DNA of 64,000 bases from Podospora anserina (Eukaryota): positions 434,001 to 498,000 of the forward strand of contig CM030332.1 in NCBI GenBank assembly GCA_017654855.1. The letters are read 5' to 3'. How positions within the stretch are numbered: position 1 is the stretch's first letter; each line of letters begins with the position of its first letter. Under the pieces are notes generated by a model that searched no databases, was not told the DNA's origin, and saw nothing but the letters and a program-made list of their open reading frames with translations. Shown here in pieces: positions 33,989 to 45,980 of the stretch. A program made the position numbers and the translations under genes.

Positions 33989-35349
33989 GTCGTTGATTTT
34001 GATGTGAGTTGTGCCGTCGGTGTTGGTGATATTTGAAGTCGTCAAAATGTCGCAAGGGTGTGTGAGACTGGTGACGTCGGTGTCGTTGTCGTCGTCGATA
34101 GTTCGATCGAGGTGCAGCAGCAAAGTTGAATCTTTCTGTTGAAGAGCTCGGTCCAAGCAGTCTGGATCACGATATTAGTACCATCTCGCCTTTTTCCTCT
34201 CCCAAAGCTGAGCGGGTGACTCTTTGCCCAACTTGTGCTCTGTTGTGCGATCGTTGCCACACTGGCCAATCGCGTGGCTCCAGTTGTTCGACCAGACCTT
34301 CGCTTTAACCTCAAACACGTCTTCTTGCAGCGAGGGAAAAATGCCCACTTTGCTGGCATCTCGACCAGCCAGTAATTCTCCGTGAGAGCTGCCCGCCGAG
34401 CACGCTATGCTTCTTTTGTTGCTAGCTTCGAAGCCTGCTGGCAGTTCTGGCGCTCCATTGATGCCATGAGCCCACCCACCACAACGACAACAGCTCCATT
34501 GTCAGTCGTCAATTACCAGAGTTTCAATCAGGTATTAATGGAACGGCTGGCCCCCTCTTTCTTATTTTTCTTCTCGAAAGATTTGCTCCGAACCTGATGC
34601 ACGGCACAAGATGAACCTCCGAGGGGGCTTTGGCGACGGCACGTATCTGGTTCTTGACGCTCATTGCTCGCTGGTGGTCAACGAGCTGATAAGGGGCCTC
34701 AACCCACGACCCAACACGTGGAGCAAACTTACTCTTTGTTCTCTTCTCAAAGCCCAAAGGTTTAAATTTCTAATCCATAGTGTCACAAATCCTCGAAGTC
34801 CATGGAAGAATGGTGAGTGTTGAGCTGGCCATTTGGTGAGCCTGAGTGGGGTAGGCGCCTGAACATGCAGCATCTGGAGCATTGAGACCCGAATATATGT
34901 TGCGCGTTGAAGGGACAGAACAACACAGCCAGTCCTCACGTTGGGAGTTGAGGAGACTCGAAGAGTAGGCAAAAAACGCCAGCAATGCTGGAGAACTCAA
35001 CCAACTCTGGGAGTTTGGTTGTCCTGTGCAAGGAACACGCGGGGCGCCGGTGAGGTTAGGCTCCACCTGTTCATTAAGTTCATCGATAAACGTCAGGAAG
35101 CTTGCATTCTGGGCTGTCATCGTTCTTCGTGCCTGAGACAGTCAGATAGTCACATGAACCAAAGATAAGAAGTCAAAGGTCGGTGCTGAGCGGTGGGCTC
35201 CAGCGAAGACAAGTCTCACCGGAGCCGGCCGAGTCTCGGTGCCTGGGACTCGGAGTTTTCAGAAGATAGCGCCGATCTGCTCTGCTCCATGCACCGATCG
35301 TCACGGGGTATTTATTTTACACAGTATTGCTCTTCCCGGACACGTGGGG

Positions 35350-35545
35350 CGAAAAATTGCTTGTGCAATTTAATTTCGACCTTACTCAGTTACTACCCTT
35401 TAACTACCAAGTATTTTTTTTTGCTAAATCTAAAGGTATAGGTTTATTCTTAAGAAGCCTTTAAATACTTTGAAATTTTTCCAGATTTTTAAACTTATGA
35501 TTGGTGGCTATTTTGTCGTTAAGTGTAAAATTATTATTGAGATGT
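35350..35545. other. AT-rich, TpA-rich patch, possible RIP-degraded repeat relic
   Basis: Abrupt drop in GC with many TA dinucleotides relative to the flanks. No element identity recognisable. Confidence 0.3.
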
Positions 35546-37119
35546 CACAAGCGATCTTTCGCTCCACGTGCCGGACATCCCGGATGTCGATTCCGAAAAT
35601 ACCTCATCACCGGAGAAGGCTCCGACGGTGAAGCGGCGAACTACTCGGTGAACGTCAAGCTGAGTCAGCTGTTCCTTGGGCACTCTTCATGACAATCCAA
35701 CCCAATGAGATTGTACTTAAAAATCCTCTGTCATGAATGGTCCAAATACTTTGCTCACGGAGGTGAATCGGGTTCTCTGTGCCAAGGTTTCTTGAGACGT
35801 CGTCGGTCACCAAAAGTCATCGTCCTACACATGCTGGCACAGAAATACGGTACGTAGTGGTGTGGCCCAAGTGTAGAAGAGATGATGCCGAGTCGGCCCA
35901 AGATATTTATTCGGACCCATCTGCCCCGGACGATCAAGAACGTACATGATTGTCCTCCTGACCCTCCATCTCAGCCTATGATCCTGTTCCGCTGTCGCAT
36001 GAGGAGGGTGGTAAGACGACGCTTCAGCTGCGCGATCTCGGGGTTTCCTGCAGGCAATAAATGCAGCGTTGACAGACAGACAAGGCGGCATTTTGACATT
36101 TCCGACTGTTTGATGGATGGGTCATGCGACAAGGGAATTCCATCTGATGAAGAAGGAGGGGCAATCTCTTCTCCAAATCGGAGCAATGCGATGAGGGATG
36201 TGACGTTAGATGCTACCATGTCGTTGTTAATGTTGTTTTATCTTTCCAAGGTGATATTTTGCTTTATCTTTGGCATTCTTATTTTCTTATCAGTTAGGAT
36301 CCGAGTTGGGCAAGAGCGACGTTGGAAGAAGAGGTTGGGGCTTCGCTCTTGGCTTTCCGTTTTCTTCTTCGTTGACGCAAGAATTCAGCTAGGGCGGCAG
36401 GCCGCTTGGCGGTCTGTGCTGAGGCGTGGGATGCTTCCTGCCCTATCTTTGCTAGCGCCATCGGAACTGTGGGCCATCAAGGTTCTCACTGCGCGGGGCA
36501 TTGTTTGATTGACATGACAGATGCAAGTCACTGCTTGACAGCAATTTCTAGATAGAAGGGATCCCAGGTTCTCAGGTCTGGAGTGAGATTTGTGAAAGCT
36601 TCTGGAAGGGGCATCGAACAACATGAGAGTCGAGTGCATTTTGTGGTATTCGTTAGCAGGCGGCGACTTGATGATGGTGGAGCCGCCGAATCAAGATCTC
36701 AGGTTCTTGACGTTGTATCAATGCTCGTGAAAAATAGACTGGAGGCCAAGGGCAGCCCCCTTTATCAGATCTTACAAAATTCTCTGTCATGTCGGGTCAG
36801 AGTCTGATATCATGTAGTTCCACAGCTTCTAGACAGGTTTTCTACCAGAGGCATCCAATTGTGCAGGTTCACACCTCAGTGAAAAGAACGAAAGACATTT
36901 CGCAAGAAGTGATGTTGAACCATTATATTGTAATATTATTTAAGTATTTGAACTATCTGTCTTTCCTGCTAGATAGGAAGCTTGTTCAGCCAATCCTGAC
37001 AGCCCAGCATCACTGGCGAGATGTCCTCTGCATCAAACTTTGTTAAGGATTACAAGAGATAAATGATACATGTCAAAATACAGTCGGTGACTATTTGCTG
37101 GTATTTACCCCCCCTAAAC

Positions 37120-37716
37120 TTAGAGAACCATGGCAACGATGGCAGCAACACCGGCGGCAAGGCTGAGGCCAGTGATCTGGGCAGCGCCAGCAGTCGAGGT
37201 GGAGGAGGTGGTGGCGGCCTCGGAGTCGGCGCCGGTGTTTGTAGTAGTGACGACGATAAGAGTGGACGAAGCAGTACGATGACCATCGCAGTGCCAGTGA
37301 TCTCCATGAGCCTCACATCCATATGATTCGGTAGGGCTGGGCTTGATGCTACCAGTGCCGGGAGCATCAGTGTGGTCATCCTCATCGTCGGTGTGGTCAT
37401 GATCATGGTCATGGTCATCACCATCACTGTCGTGATCATGGTGAGCTGCACCCGTGGTGACTACAGGAGCCACGCCAGTGGCCGTCCCGGTAGTCACGAC
37501 AGCATCGGTGACCCTGGGTCCCTCACAGTCCCTGAAGTAGTGAGGTTAGTATGCCTTCAGGCTTACAGCACTAATTAAAACCAAAGCTTACCAGTGGTCA
37601 TTGTGAGGCACACAGCCGATGGACTCGGTGGGAGATGGTCCAGGATCGGCCGTGGTCTGCCCCAAAGCGGTGGACAGAGCACCCAACAGCAAAGCGGCAT
37701 ACGTGACGGCCTTCAT
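37120..37716 (-). CDS. Secreted, putatively GPI-anchored His/Asp-rich protein with two CxxHxDHWxC repeats (candidate zinc-binding surface protein), ~178 aa
   Basis: Exon 1 is 37716-37592; intron 37591-37532 (GTAAGC...ACTAAC...CAG); exon 2 is 37531-37120. Signal MKAVTYAALLLGALSTALG; repeats PSPTESIGCVPHNDHWDCEGPR and PSPTESYGCEAHGDHWHCDGHR; HHDHDSDGDDHDHDHDHTDDEDDH tract; S/T stalk and hydrophobic tail. Confidence 0.88.
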
Positions 37717-38305
37717 CTTGGCTTGCGGTGAGTCTTGGGGTTTGGGTGGACGGACAGGTGAGACTGAAGGTGTACGGGCGAGATGGGATGGACCGGATGC
37801 CTCTCTGCGTTATAAGACGGTCTTTAAAGCGAGGTAATACAGCCAGCCACAGCCAACCATCCCATGTCACCATGCCACCCTCAATGTTCATGCGCTGCCC
37901 CAGTGCCGCCCATCACCTCACCGAAACTCCCATGTACCCAGTCAAAAATAGGGACTGCTGCCGTCATTCGAGACAGCATGGCAAGTGGGACGGCTGGCAT
38001 CAGATGAATTTCAAACGAACCATTGGCCGCGAAGTGGTGCCGTTCGCTGCCAAGACACTCCAAGACATTGGTTAACCGATGGGTTTAGCCTGACAGGTCC
38101 GCTTTGAGCAAGACAATGTTGTAGCGAAATGCAGGCTTTGGACAGACGATCAGTGGTCCTCGTTTGTTTGTGCAACAAAGTCGAGGTGTTGGAATGGGGC
38201 GTTGGCTTGTCTTGTCTTTCCAAAACTGATGGGCTTTGACCAGCGTGGAAGGGTGGACCGGAGGACAGAGTGGGTCTCGTAGCCTTGGCTTTTTGTTAGC
38301 GATGG

Positions 38306-38873
38306 CCATCAAGGTTCTCAGCCCGCCGCGCATTTGCCGGGCACCTTGATGGGCAGCTCAAGATTGCTTGCAGTTCTGGGCATCGTTTCAGCCAATCAAC
38401 ACAAAGAGATTTTTTTTTTCTTGCTCAATCCCGCCCTTGACGATGTGGATTTCGTCGCATGTCGCCCAACTCGGCCACTCACCCGCAGCAGCCAGTCTGG
38501 GATTCGCGTGGTGGAGTTGGTCTTGGAGTCACCATGGAGCCCATGGAGCCCATGGAGCAAACGGGATTCGAGCACGCAACGACTCCATCCAAGGCCCCTC
38601 CACGAGCCCCTCTATGCGCTGAATTTTCCCATCTCAGCGATCCCCAAGTCCTTTTTTGTTTTCTGTCTCTCCTTCCCTCGTGGCTATCCCGTGTTCCCAG
38701 TCTTCTATCGTCTCTTTCCCTTCCCCGGAATTCGAACCTACGCCAGGTACCAGACGGCCCACGACCACGCGAGTAACTTGTGCTTCGCGCACAAGACTAC
38801 GGCTACCTACAGGACGCCCACGCCACGACCGCAACGTGCTGTGCACCTTGACGGTCAGTCACAACCTTGACGG
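38306..38873. promoter_or_regulatory. Bidirectional promoter with four ACCTTGAYGG zinc-response-like elements
   Basis: CCATCAAGGT at 38306-38315 and ACCTTGATGG at 38343-38352 form an inverted pair. ACCTTGACGG at 38845-38854 and 38864-38873 form a direct pair. The CAAGGT core matches ZafA/Zap1-type elements. Confidence 0.65.
38532..38558. repeat. (CCATGGAGC)3 tandem 9-mer
   Basis: Three perfect adjacent copies in the middle of the divergent promoter. Confidence 0.85.
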
Positions 38874-39126
38874 CTCGATTTGTGGACACAGCTGCTGCAA
38901 GACCTGGAACTTGGCAGCCACTCCCACCGTCACTGTTCTGTGTAGCCCCCCACGAGCCAGGACATGAGCTGAGGAGAAGCAACCAAAGATACCCCCTCAA
39001 TTGCCTCGCTTTAAAATCCCCTGTGCTATCCCGCGCCTTGTACGCCCATATCTATATCAAGCGCTCCGACAGGTTCACAGCAGCAGCATCACCCTTGGTC
39101 TTCGGTTACATACCTTCTATCACATC

Positions 39127-41076
39127 ATGTTTCAAAGCCTGCCTGCCATACGGGCGTCGCTCCTCTATGGACTGTTAGCCGCTCCATCTCTTAGCCTCGT
39201 CTCAGCAAGCCCTTCACCAATCGACGCCCGTCATGTCGTGACAGATCCTGCCAGAGTAGTTGCACAAGCAACCGTCACTGCTGTGTCAGAGTGCCACGCC
39301 CACGGTACTAATTATTATTGTCAAGCCGGAGTGACAGAGTTTCGCATTGTTGGCTCCGAGACTGCCGCCTCATACACGGATTGCCATCCACACGGCGCAA
39401 AGACGTAAGCACTCGCCCTCCATAGGTCTCACCATACACGGTTTGCTAAAAGGTCTACCCTATAGGTACTGTGTAGGACCAAAGTCTGATGAGGTAGAAA
39501 TTGTCCTTGCTGCCGCTACGGCACCTGCGGTAACAGCATCCCCAACGGCGACTGGCAGTTCGAGCTTGACTGCCGTTAGCGCTTGCCATCTCCACGGGTC
39601 TGAGCTGTAAGTACAACCTCCAACCACTCCATTATTGACCCACCGCTGACACGGCCTTGAAGCCTTTGTATGCACGGGGCAACCGAGTATAAGGTCCACA
39701 CAACTGTCACTGCTACTGCTACACAAGATCTCCCAGCACAGTTTACCGGTTGCCATGCCCATGGTGCTGAGACATACTGCAATGGCCCAACCGGAGAGGA
39801 AGTTGAGATCACCCTGGCCACCGCTGAGGAGGACCACGACGACCACGGTCATGAAGACTCGGAGGAACTTGATTGCCACTTCCACGCTGGCGTCGAGCAT
39901 TGCGTCGGCAAAGGGGGCGAGAAGGTTGCCAACACCTGCGAAAGAACGCAGCGTGACTACAACATCAAGCTTCGTGTTGGCTTGTTGTTCGTCATGTTGG
40001 CTACCAGCTCCATCGGTGTCTTCACTCCCATTCTCATCTCATCCTTTGTGTCGCCCAACCACATCGTATTTACCATTCTCAGACAGTTCGGCACTGGCGT
40101 CATCATCTCAACCGCTTTTGTCCACCTCTACACTCATGCTGTACTAATGTTCCAGAACGAATGCCTCGGCAAGCTGCAGTACGAAGCCACAGCCTCTGCC
40201 ATCCTCATGGCAGGCATCTTCCTTTCCTTCCTCATCGAGTATCTTGGCGTTCGTTTCGTCCAATGGCACCAAGCCAAGCAACAGGCCCACAAGGCTGTTT
40301 CCAGCGACGGTGAGCAGCAAGGCCCGGCCCCAGGCAAAACCGACATGGTCAACATCACCGTTCTTGAAGCCGGCGTCATCTTCCACTCCCTTCTTATCGG
40401 CCTCACTGTAGTCGTCGCCGGTGATTCCTTCTTTGGCACCCTGTTTGCCGTCATTGTTTTCCACCAAATGTTCGAAGGCATCGCTCTTGGCACCCGCATC
40501 GCCGCCCTCGGTCACCCCAGCGCTGCCACCGCCCACAGCGGCGTTCACGGCCACGGTCACGGTCCGGGTCATGCGCACTACCACCCCGAGCCAAAGCCCG
40601 CCGCTGAGATCGCCCCCGCCGGAGAGATCGTTGCCCATGCTCCCAAGGAAGGCCACAACCACGAACACGGCCACGACCACCTCGCCCTCCCTGATGCGCA
40701 CAAGACGGCCAAGAGCGGAAGCGTTTCGTCCTCCGAGAACAGCACCACTGCGGGCGAACTCGCCCCTCACGTCCCCATGTTCAAGAAGCTCATGCTTGCC
40801 TTGGCTTTCGCCTTGGTCACACCCATCGGCATGGGCATCGGTATCGGCGTTCTTCACACATTCAACGGCAACGACCCTTCGACTATCATCGCTATTGGCA
40901 CCCTCGACGCCTTCTCAGCCGGTATCCTCGTGTGGGTTGGTGTGGTGGAGATGTGGGCTCACGACTGGATGTTGGGAGGGGAGATGACCAATTCTGGGCC
41001 GCTGAAGACCGCTCTGGGGTTGATTTCCATGGTGGTTGGCTTGGCGGTCATGAGCTTGTTGGGCAAATGGGCGTAA
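39127..41076 (+). CDS. ZIP-family zinc transporter, ZrfC/Zrt1-like, with signal peptide and extended His/Cys ectodomain
   Basis: Introns 39405-39465 and 39607-39662 join in phase. Five CHxH-x5-C motifs including CHFHAGVEHC; QFGTGVIISTAFVHL, LEAGVIFHSLLIGL, FHQMFEGIALG, FALVTPIGMGIG, and terminal MSLLGKWA. Confidence 0.96.
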
Positions 41077-41853
41077 ATAGGTTTTTGGATATGTGGGTTT
41101 TGTTTATACTGGGCTTTCCGGATATGATGTGGTTTTTTTTTTTGGACAGAAAAGGGATATGATACCATCATGACATATTGTTATCTTGGAGGATTTGGAA
41201 TTTTGGGAGGAAAGGATCTCACTTTTAGCGTTGGGCGTTGCGGCGTCATGCAATTTACATACCTCCAAGGTTGTTGTTCACCTGCGGGTGCAACAGGGAA
41301 ACGATGAAAGGGGAATTTCGGAAATGATAGTAGTTTGGAGGAATGTGTGTTGATAAATGGTCATGTATATTTGATGTATCTACTTGGGGATGAATCTACG
41401 AAGCATGAGGTGACAAACCCGTTGTTTCTTTGTCTGTTCTACTCGGTATTGTGAACACCGAATTCAGCAACCGTGATCCACACAAAACTTGCATGATGTG
41501 AAGGAGACCAAAACTAAAGCTTTGTTTATGTCCAGATATGCTGGGTTGATAGATAATCAGGAGTATAATCAAGATTATATCGCTACACCATGCTCAGTAC
41601 AACTTGTACGACTTTTCATCGACAGTTATGCAATTCAATCTAATTATTACAAGTCGCCTATCTGTCTATAATTTCCGTCTAATCTAACTATCCATCCGGG
41701 TATCTATCAATCAACAAGGTAGTACCACCTTACATACTTTTTCCAGTTGCAACACAAAATAAGCCACCATCAATGTCCACACATCATGCACAATGCTCTG
41801 CGCCCAACCCCATTTCCATGCGTCTTCTTCTTTCCATCTGCTACGTGAGCACC

Positions 41854-44800
41854 TCAAATGCCAGGCCCCCACGTACTGCTCGTCCTCCCGCCCGTCGTCT
41901 CCAGTTCATATCTCCCCAGACTCTCCTGCCAGTTTTGCCAGTCAAAGCCCTCGTCTACGTTCATATCTACATCATCCAAACGACCCATGTTCGGCATCCG
42001 CAGGAAATCAGGCGATCCTGTGTTGATGGGCCACATCCAAGGGGGCACCTGCTCCAGTTGCTGCGGGGACTGCTGCATGCCGCGTTGCTGTTGTTGCTGT
42101 TGTTGCTGTTGCTGCTGCTGTTGGAGATGTTGCTGCTGTGCCTGCTGACGTTGTTGTGGCTGTAGCTGTACCGGTGTTCCTAACGACGAAGTAGAGTTGT
42201 TGTAGTTCGGTGTGGGGGCCGCATTGAAGTCCAGTCCGGATGGAGGATATCCAAAGGCCTGGGTATGGTGAACATAATCGGCCATGTCCCCGTAGAATAA
42301 GGGAGCGAAGTCTGTTGAGACAAAGGGGGTAGAGTTGCTCATGGCCGAGTCAATGTAGTCGATGACCTCGGGCTTAGTCGCCATCCTCACGTGGGTAATG
42401 TCATTCAGTTGTGAGAGTATTGGTTGGGCTTGGCCGGCTAGTTGCTGGTGCTGCCCTCGAGAAGCCGATGTCCCTGATTGTGTCGGTTCATGGACCTCTT
42501 CTGCTTGTTCGTCCAGCAACTCCTGTGGCAGAGGTGGTGCATTGACCAATTTGCGCCACTGTTCGAGAGCCATCACACGTTTCATCGATCCCGGGATTTC
42601 GCGAATACTGGTAGGAGTTGTGTTGCAGCGGTCCCTCAACTCCAGCTCCCGTGCAGCGTCGGGGTCGTTTTGAAGTCGCGCAATCTCAGCTGCACGGTGT
42701 TTAGCTGCCTTGTCGTACAACTTCCTCAAGGGCACCCACACCGCATGATGGCCCGCAAGTTTCTCTAGTTCGGCAGAATTGGGAGCTGCGAACCTTAGAT
42801 TCAACGCTGTCCAAGCACGCTCAGCTTTTGGACCCCATGGCCTATGAGACACCTCGATCAGGGTGTAAGCGACTGCATGCCACTGGCTATAGGTCTGGAA
42901 GAGCCATCGCCATTGCTTGCACCTTTCGTCCGTGTTCAAAATATGAGCGTACTCAAATACCTCGAGAGAGGCATTGAACAGACGACCTCGCACTTCGTCT
43001 GTAAGATACTCATTGCCCGGACCCGGAAACAAAACTGGCTGGTAGATGACAAGCATCATCTTGGCACAGATGACCCGCGTGATGTTGGCGGCTGCCCAGT
43101 ACATGGGCTCTGAACTGTCCTTGAGATATTGTTCCTCCACGCGTCGTTGAGTGTCTACCAGCATTTTTTCCCGCTCTTCAAGCGAAACGCCCGCCTCACG
43201 GGGGTTCACTGTTGCCATGGCCGAAGACATGGTGTGCAAGCTTCTGGCCAAGGAGCACATCTCGTATCGGATCAACGAAAAGGTCATGTCGGTAGTTCCA
43301 ACCCGCGGTTCGGGGAGACATTTGCTCTCTGGGGAGATGTCGGTGTCGTTGAGGTTCATGGGGTATTGCGTATCGAATGTCTGGTCCACAACAGTAAGAT
43401 CCGTCCCTTGATCCTCGGCTGATCTAAGATCCAGCACGCAGACAGCCCAAAAAAGCCTTCTTCGCATCTCAATCTCAAAAGGCGTGATGTTGTCGAAATG
43501 GGTCCCGTCGCGGTGGAGTCCCAATGCTTGGCTGATCCTGATCAGAAGCCCTGTCAAAGTCCAGGCAAACCTTGTATCATCGTGTCGACGAACAAGGACC
43601 AAGAACAGAAGGAATGCTTGTGCCACCACCAGATCCGGCGTCGTTAAGAGGTTAGCTTTGCCAAGCGCTTGTTCCAATGCGAAGCGATATTTTTGAAGTA
43701 GAACATCCTTCTCGGCATCGAAATTACGTCGCACCTGAAAGGAGTGTGAGCATAGTGGTGGCGGATAGGAGTAACAGTGCGTGACCATACCTCTTCTTCA
43801 TCCAAAGATGTTATGGATGCGTAATAGATGGAAAACATCAAGGCCTCGGTGGAGGGCGTGAGAGTGTCTAGGTTGCGTCGGAGATCTCGAATGAGCTTGT
43901 TCATGGTGGGAACATGGAGCACCTTGAGGATCGGATCAACATTTTCCTGGAATACCTGCCAGATAAACGGGATCTGAGATGGTAATGGGTGCAGAGGCCT
44001 GAGATCAACTTCGGACGAGCTATAGCCCATAATCCAAGATTGATGAGATAGGACCGAAGGTTTTACATGCTCAGAGGACTCGGGGGTAGCTTCGTCGTCC
44101 GAGTCTTCCGACTCATCGTGAAAGTGTTCGGATTCCCTTCTGATCTCGTCCAGCTTTGAGAGTGTTAGCCTGGCATGGACATAACACCAGTTGCGGCATC
44201 TTAATAATTACATACCTCATCCGTAATACTGGACCAAAGCCCGCTGGACACATAACGTGTGCCTCCTCGCTCGTTCAACATCAAGCGTCCGAATTGCTTG
44301 TGCACATCCGGTGAAAGCTTGCCAAGCCGGTCCGGCTCGGAAATAGCCGTCCCGGAAATAGTTCTTGTTGGCGCCTTCGGGATGTCGGGCGTGGTGACGT
44401 TGGCGGTGACAGCAGCATGGCTGGTGGAATAAGCAGGAGCAGTTGGTCTCCCCCCAGGTGTATAATGGTCTTGTCCGCTGTTGTACGCCGTCGTCCCCTC
44501 GGGAGAGTTTCCGGCGCTGCGCGCTGCTTCCACTTCAATCTGACCGCTGAGCTCCTCCACAATTCCCTCAAGTTTCCGCAAGCGCCTCATCAACTCCAAC
44601 TCTCGCTCACTCGACGGTTGCTTGGCCGGGGCATTGGGGTCTTTGGGGCGCGGACGACGAGGAGCGCGGCCGGGGGCCGGGAAGATACATGGTATCTGGG
44701 CTCGGCAGCAGTTCGAACATGGCATGTGCTTATCGCAGCGAACCTTCCTCCTCCTGCATGTCACACAGCTGCGCGGATTGAGGGCGTTTGATGGGATTGC

Positions 44801-44962
44801 CGAGGGTGAATAGACGGAGGCGCCGGGAGGAGGATGGCGCGCAAGCGCCAATATTTGCTGCGGATCGTAGCCGTCCTGGGCGCTCGTGATGGAGCCAACA
44901 TCGGTGTTGGGGCTGTCGGCCGATACCAGGCTCCGGCCAGCGATACTTGCACCGTCGGGCAT
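41854..44962 (-). CDS. Zn(II)2Cys6 transcription factor with fungal-specific TF domain
   Basis: CVTCRRRKVRCDKHMPCSNCCRAQIPC; introns 44154-44215 and 43735-43790; ALGLHRDG...EMRRRLFWAVCVLD; poly-Q tail. Confidence 0.95.
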
Positions 44963-45980
44963 CGTGACTTAGAGTTGGGGTGGGATGGAGTGGCGCGCGA
45001 GATGCGGTAAGACAGAGAGGACGAAGGCGGCGGCGGGGTTCCACAGATGAGTAAAGGGCGTCGGGTTTTGTGGATGGCGGTGGCGGTCACCTCGAATCGA
45101 CAAATTCGTATCTGCTCTCGCGTATGAGTGCTCTCAACATGCCATGCGATGCGTGCGAGCGAATGGGCACCGGATGCCCGACCGTATTCATTGATGGTGG
45201 CACGGATATTTTGTGATGCTGTTGTCGACTTGGAGAAGACAAAGGCCTTGCTCCCAAGTCACTAGACTAATTCCTGGTGGGGGCTGACAACGCCTCGAGC
45301 CAAGACTGGAGAGGATTCTCATGGCCCGTGCTCACCTTTCCCACTTTGTTTGGAGTTTCATCAAAGCTTTCAAGTTTCAAAAACACCATCCGACGACCCG
45401 GATCCAGACCATGAATTAGCCTTGGGTTCCTCAAGTTCACCTTTTATCCCCATTGACCTTGCCTACCAAGTTTCCGAATCATCTCCGGGGCCAGCAAACT
45501 CAATTAATGGGCCGGTATTTGTGGCAGCAGTGTCATTTCGAGATGCACATTTTGGCAAAGCCCTATCTAAAAATGTCTCCAGGATAACACGCTACTGACC
45601 AAAAGGTTGCAGAATTCAAGACAGAACAACTAGCCCAGCCTCTCCTCCGCCTTCGGCCCGGTCCTCATAGACACAACATTACTCGGCGTTCGGCGACCAC
45701 TCGGGCTCCAGGGCCTTTTATCTTGCTATCGCATCTCGCCAGTATTCGATGGTCTAGAATTTTGATAGCCGCACGCGCTTCATCTGTAGCCTTGAGATTC
45801 TGGATCTGTCCAATCGTCCTTCACCAAACATGCTTCAAACCCAATCCCCCAAGAATAGCTGGTGTCCGATCGATCGCATCACCAACCATCACGCCATCCA
45901 AACTTGATTCTTCTTCATTGGAACTTTCCTCCAATTCCACGTGTCCCCCTTGTTCTCCTTGTATTGTCGACCGGCCTCCA

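Noticed and set aside
35755-36508. Possible decayed Pra1/Aspf2 zincophore next to the zinc locus
   Set aside because: No signal peptide, metalloprotease-like His motif or CHxH...HC tail is seen in the frames examined, and neither strand gives a supportable gene.
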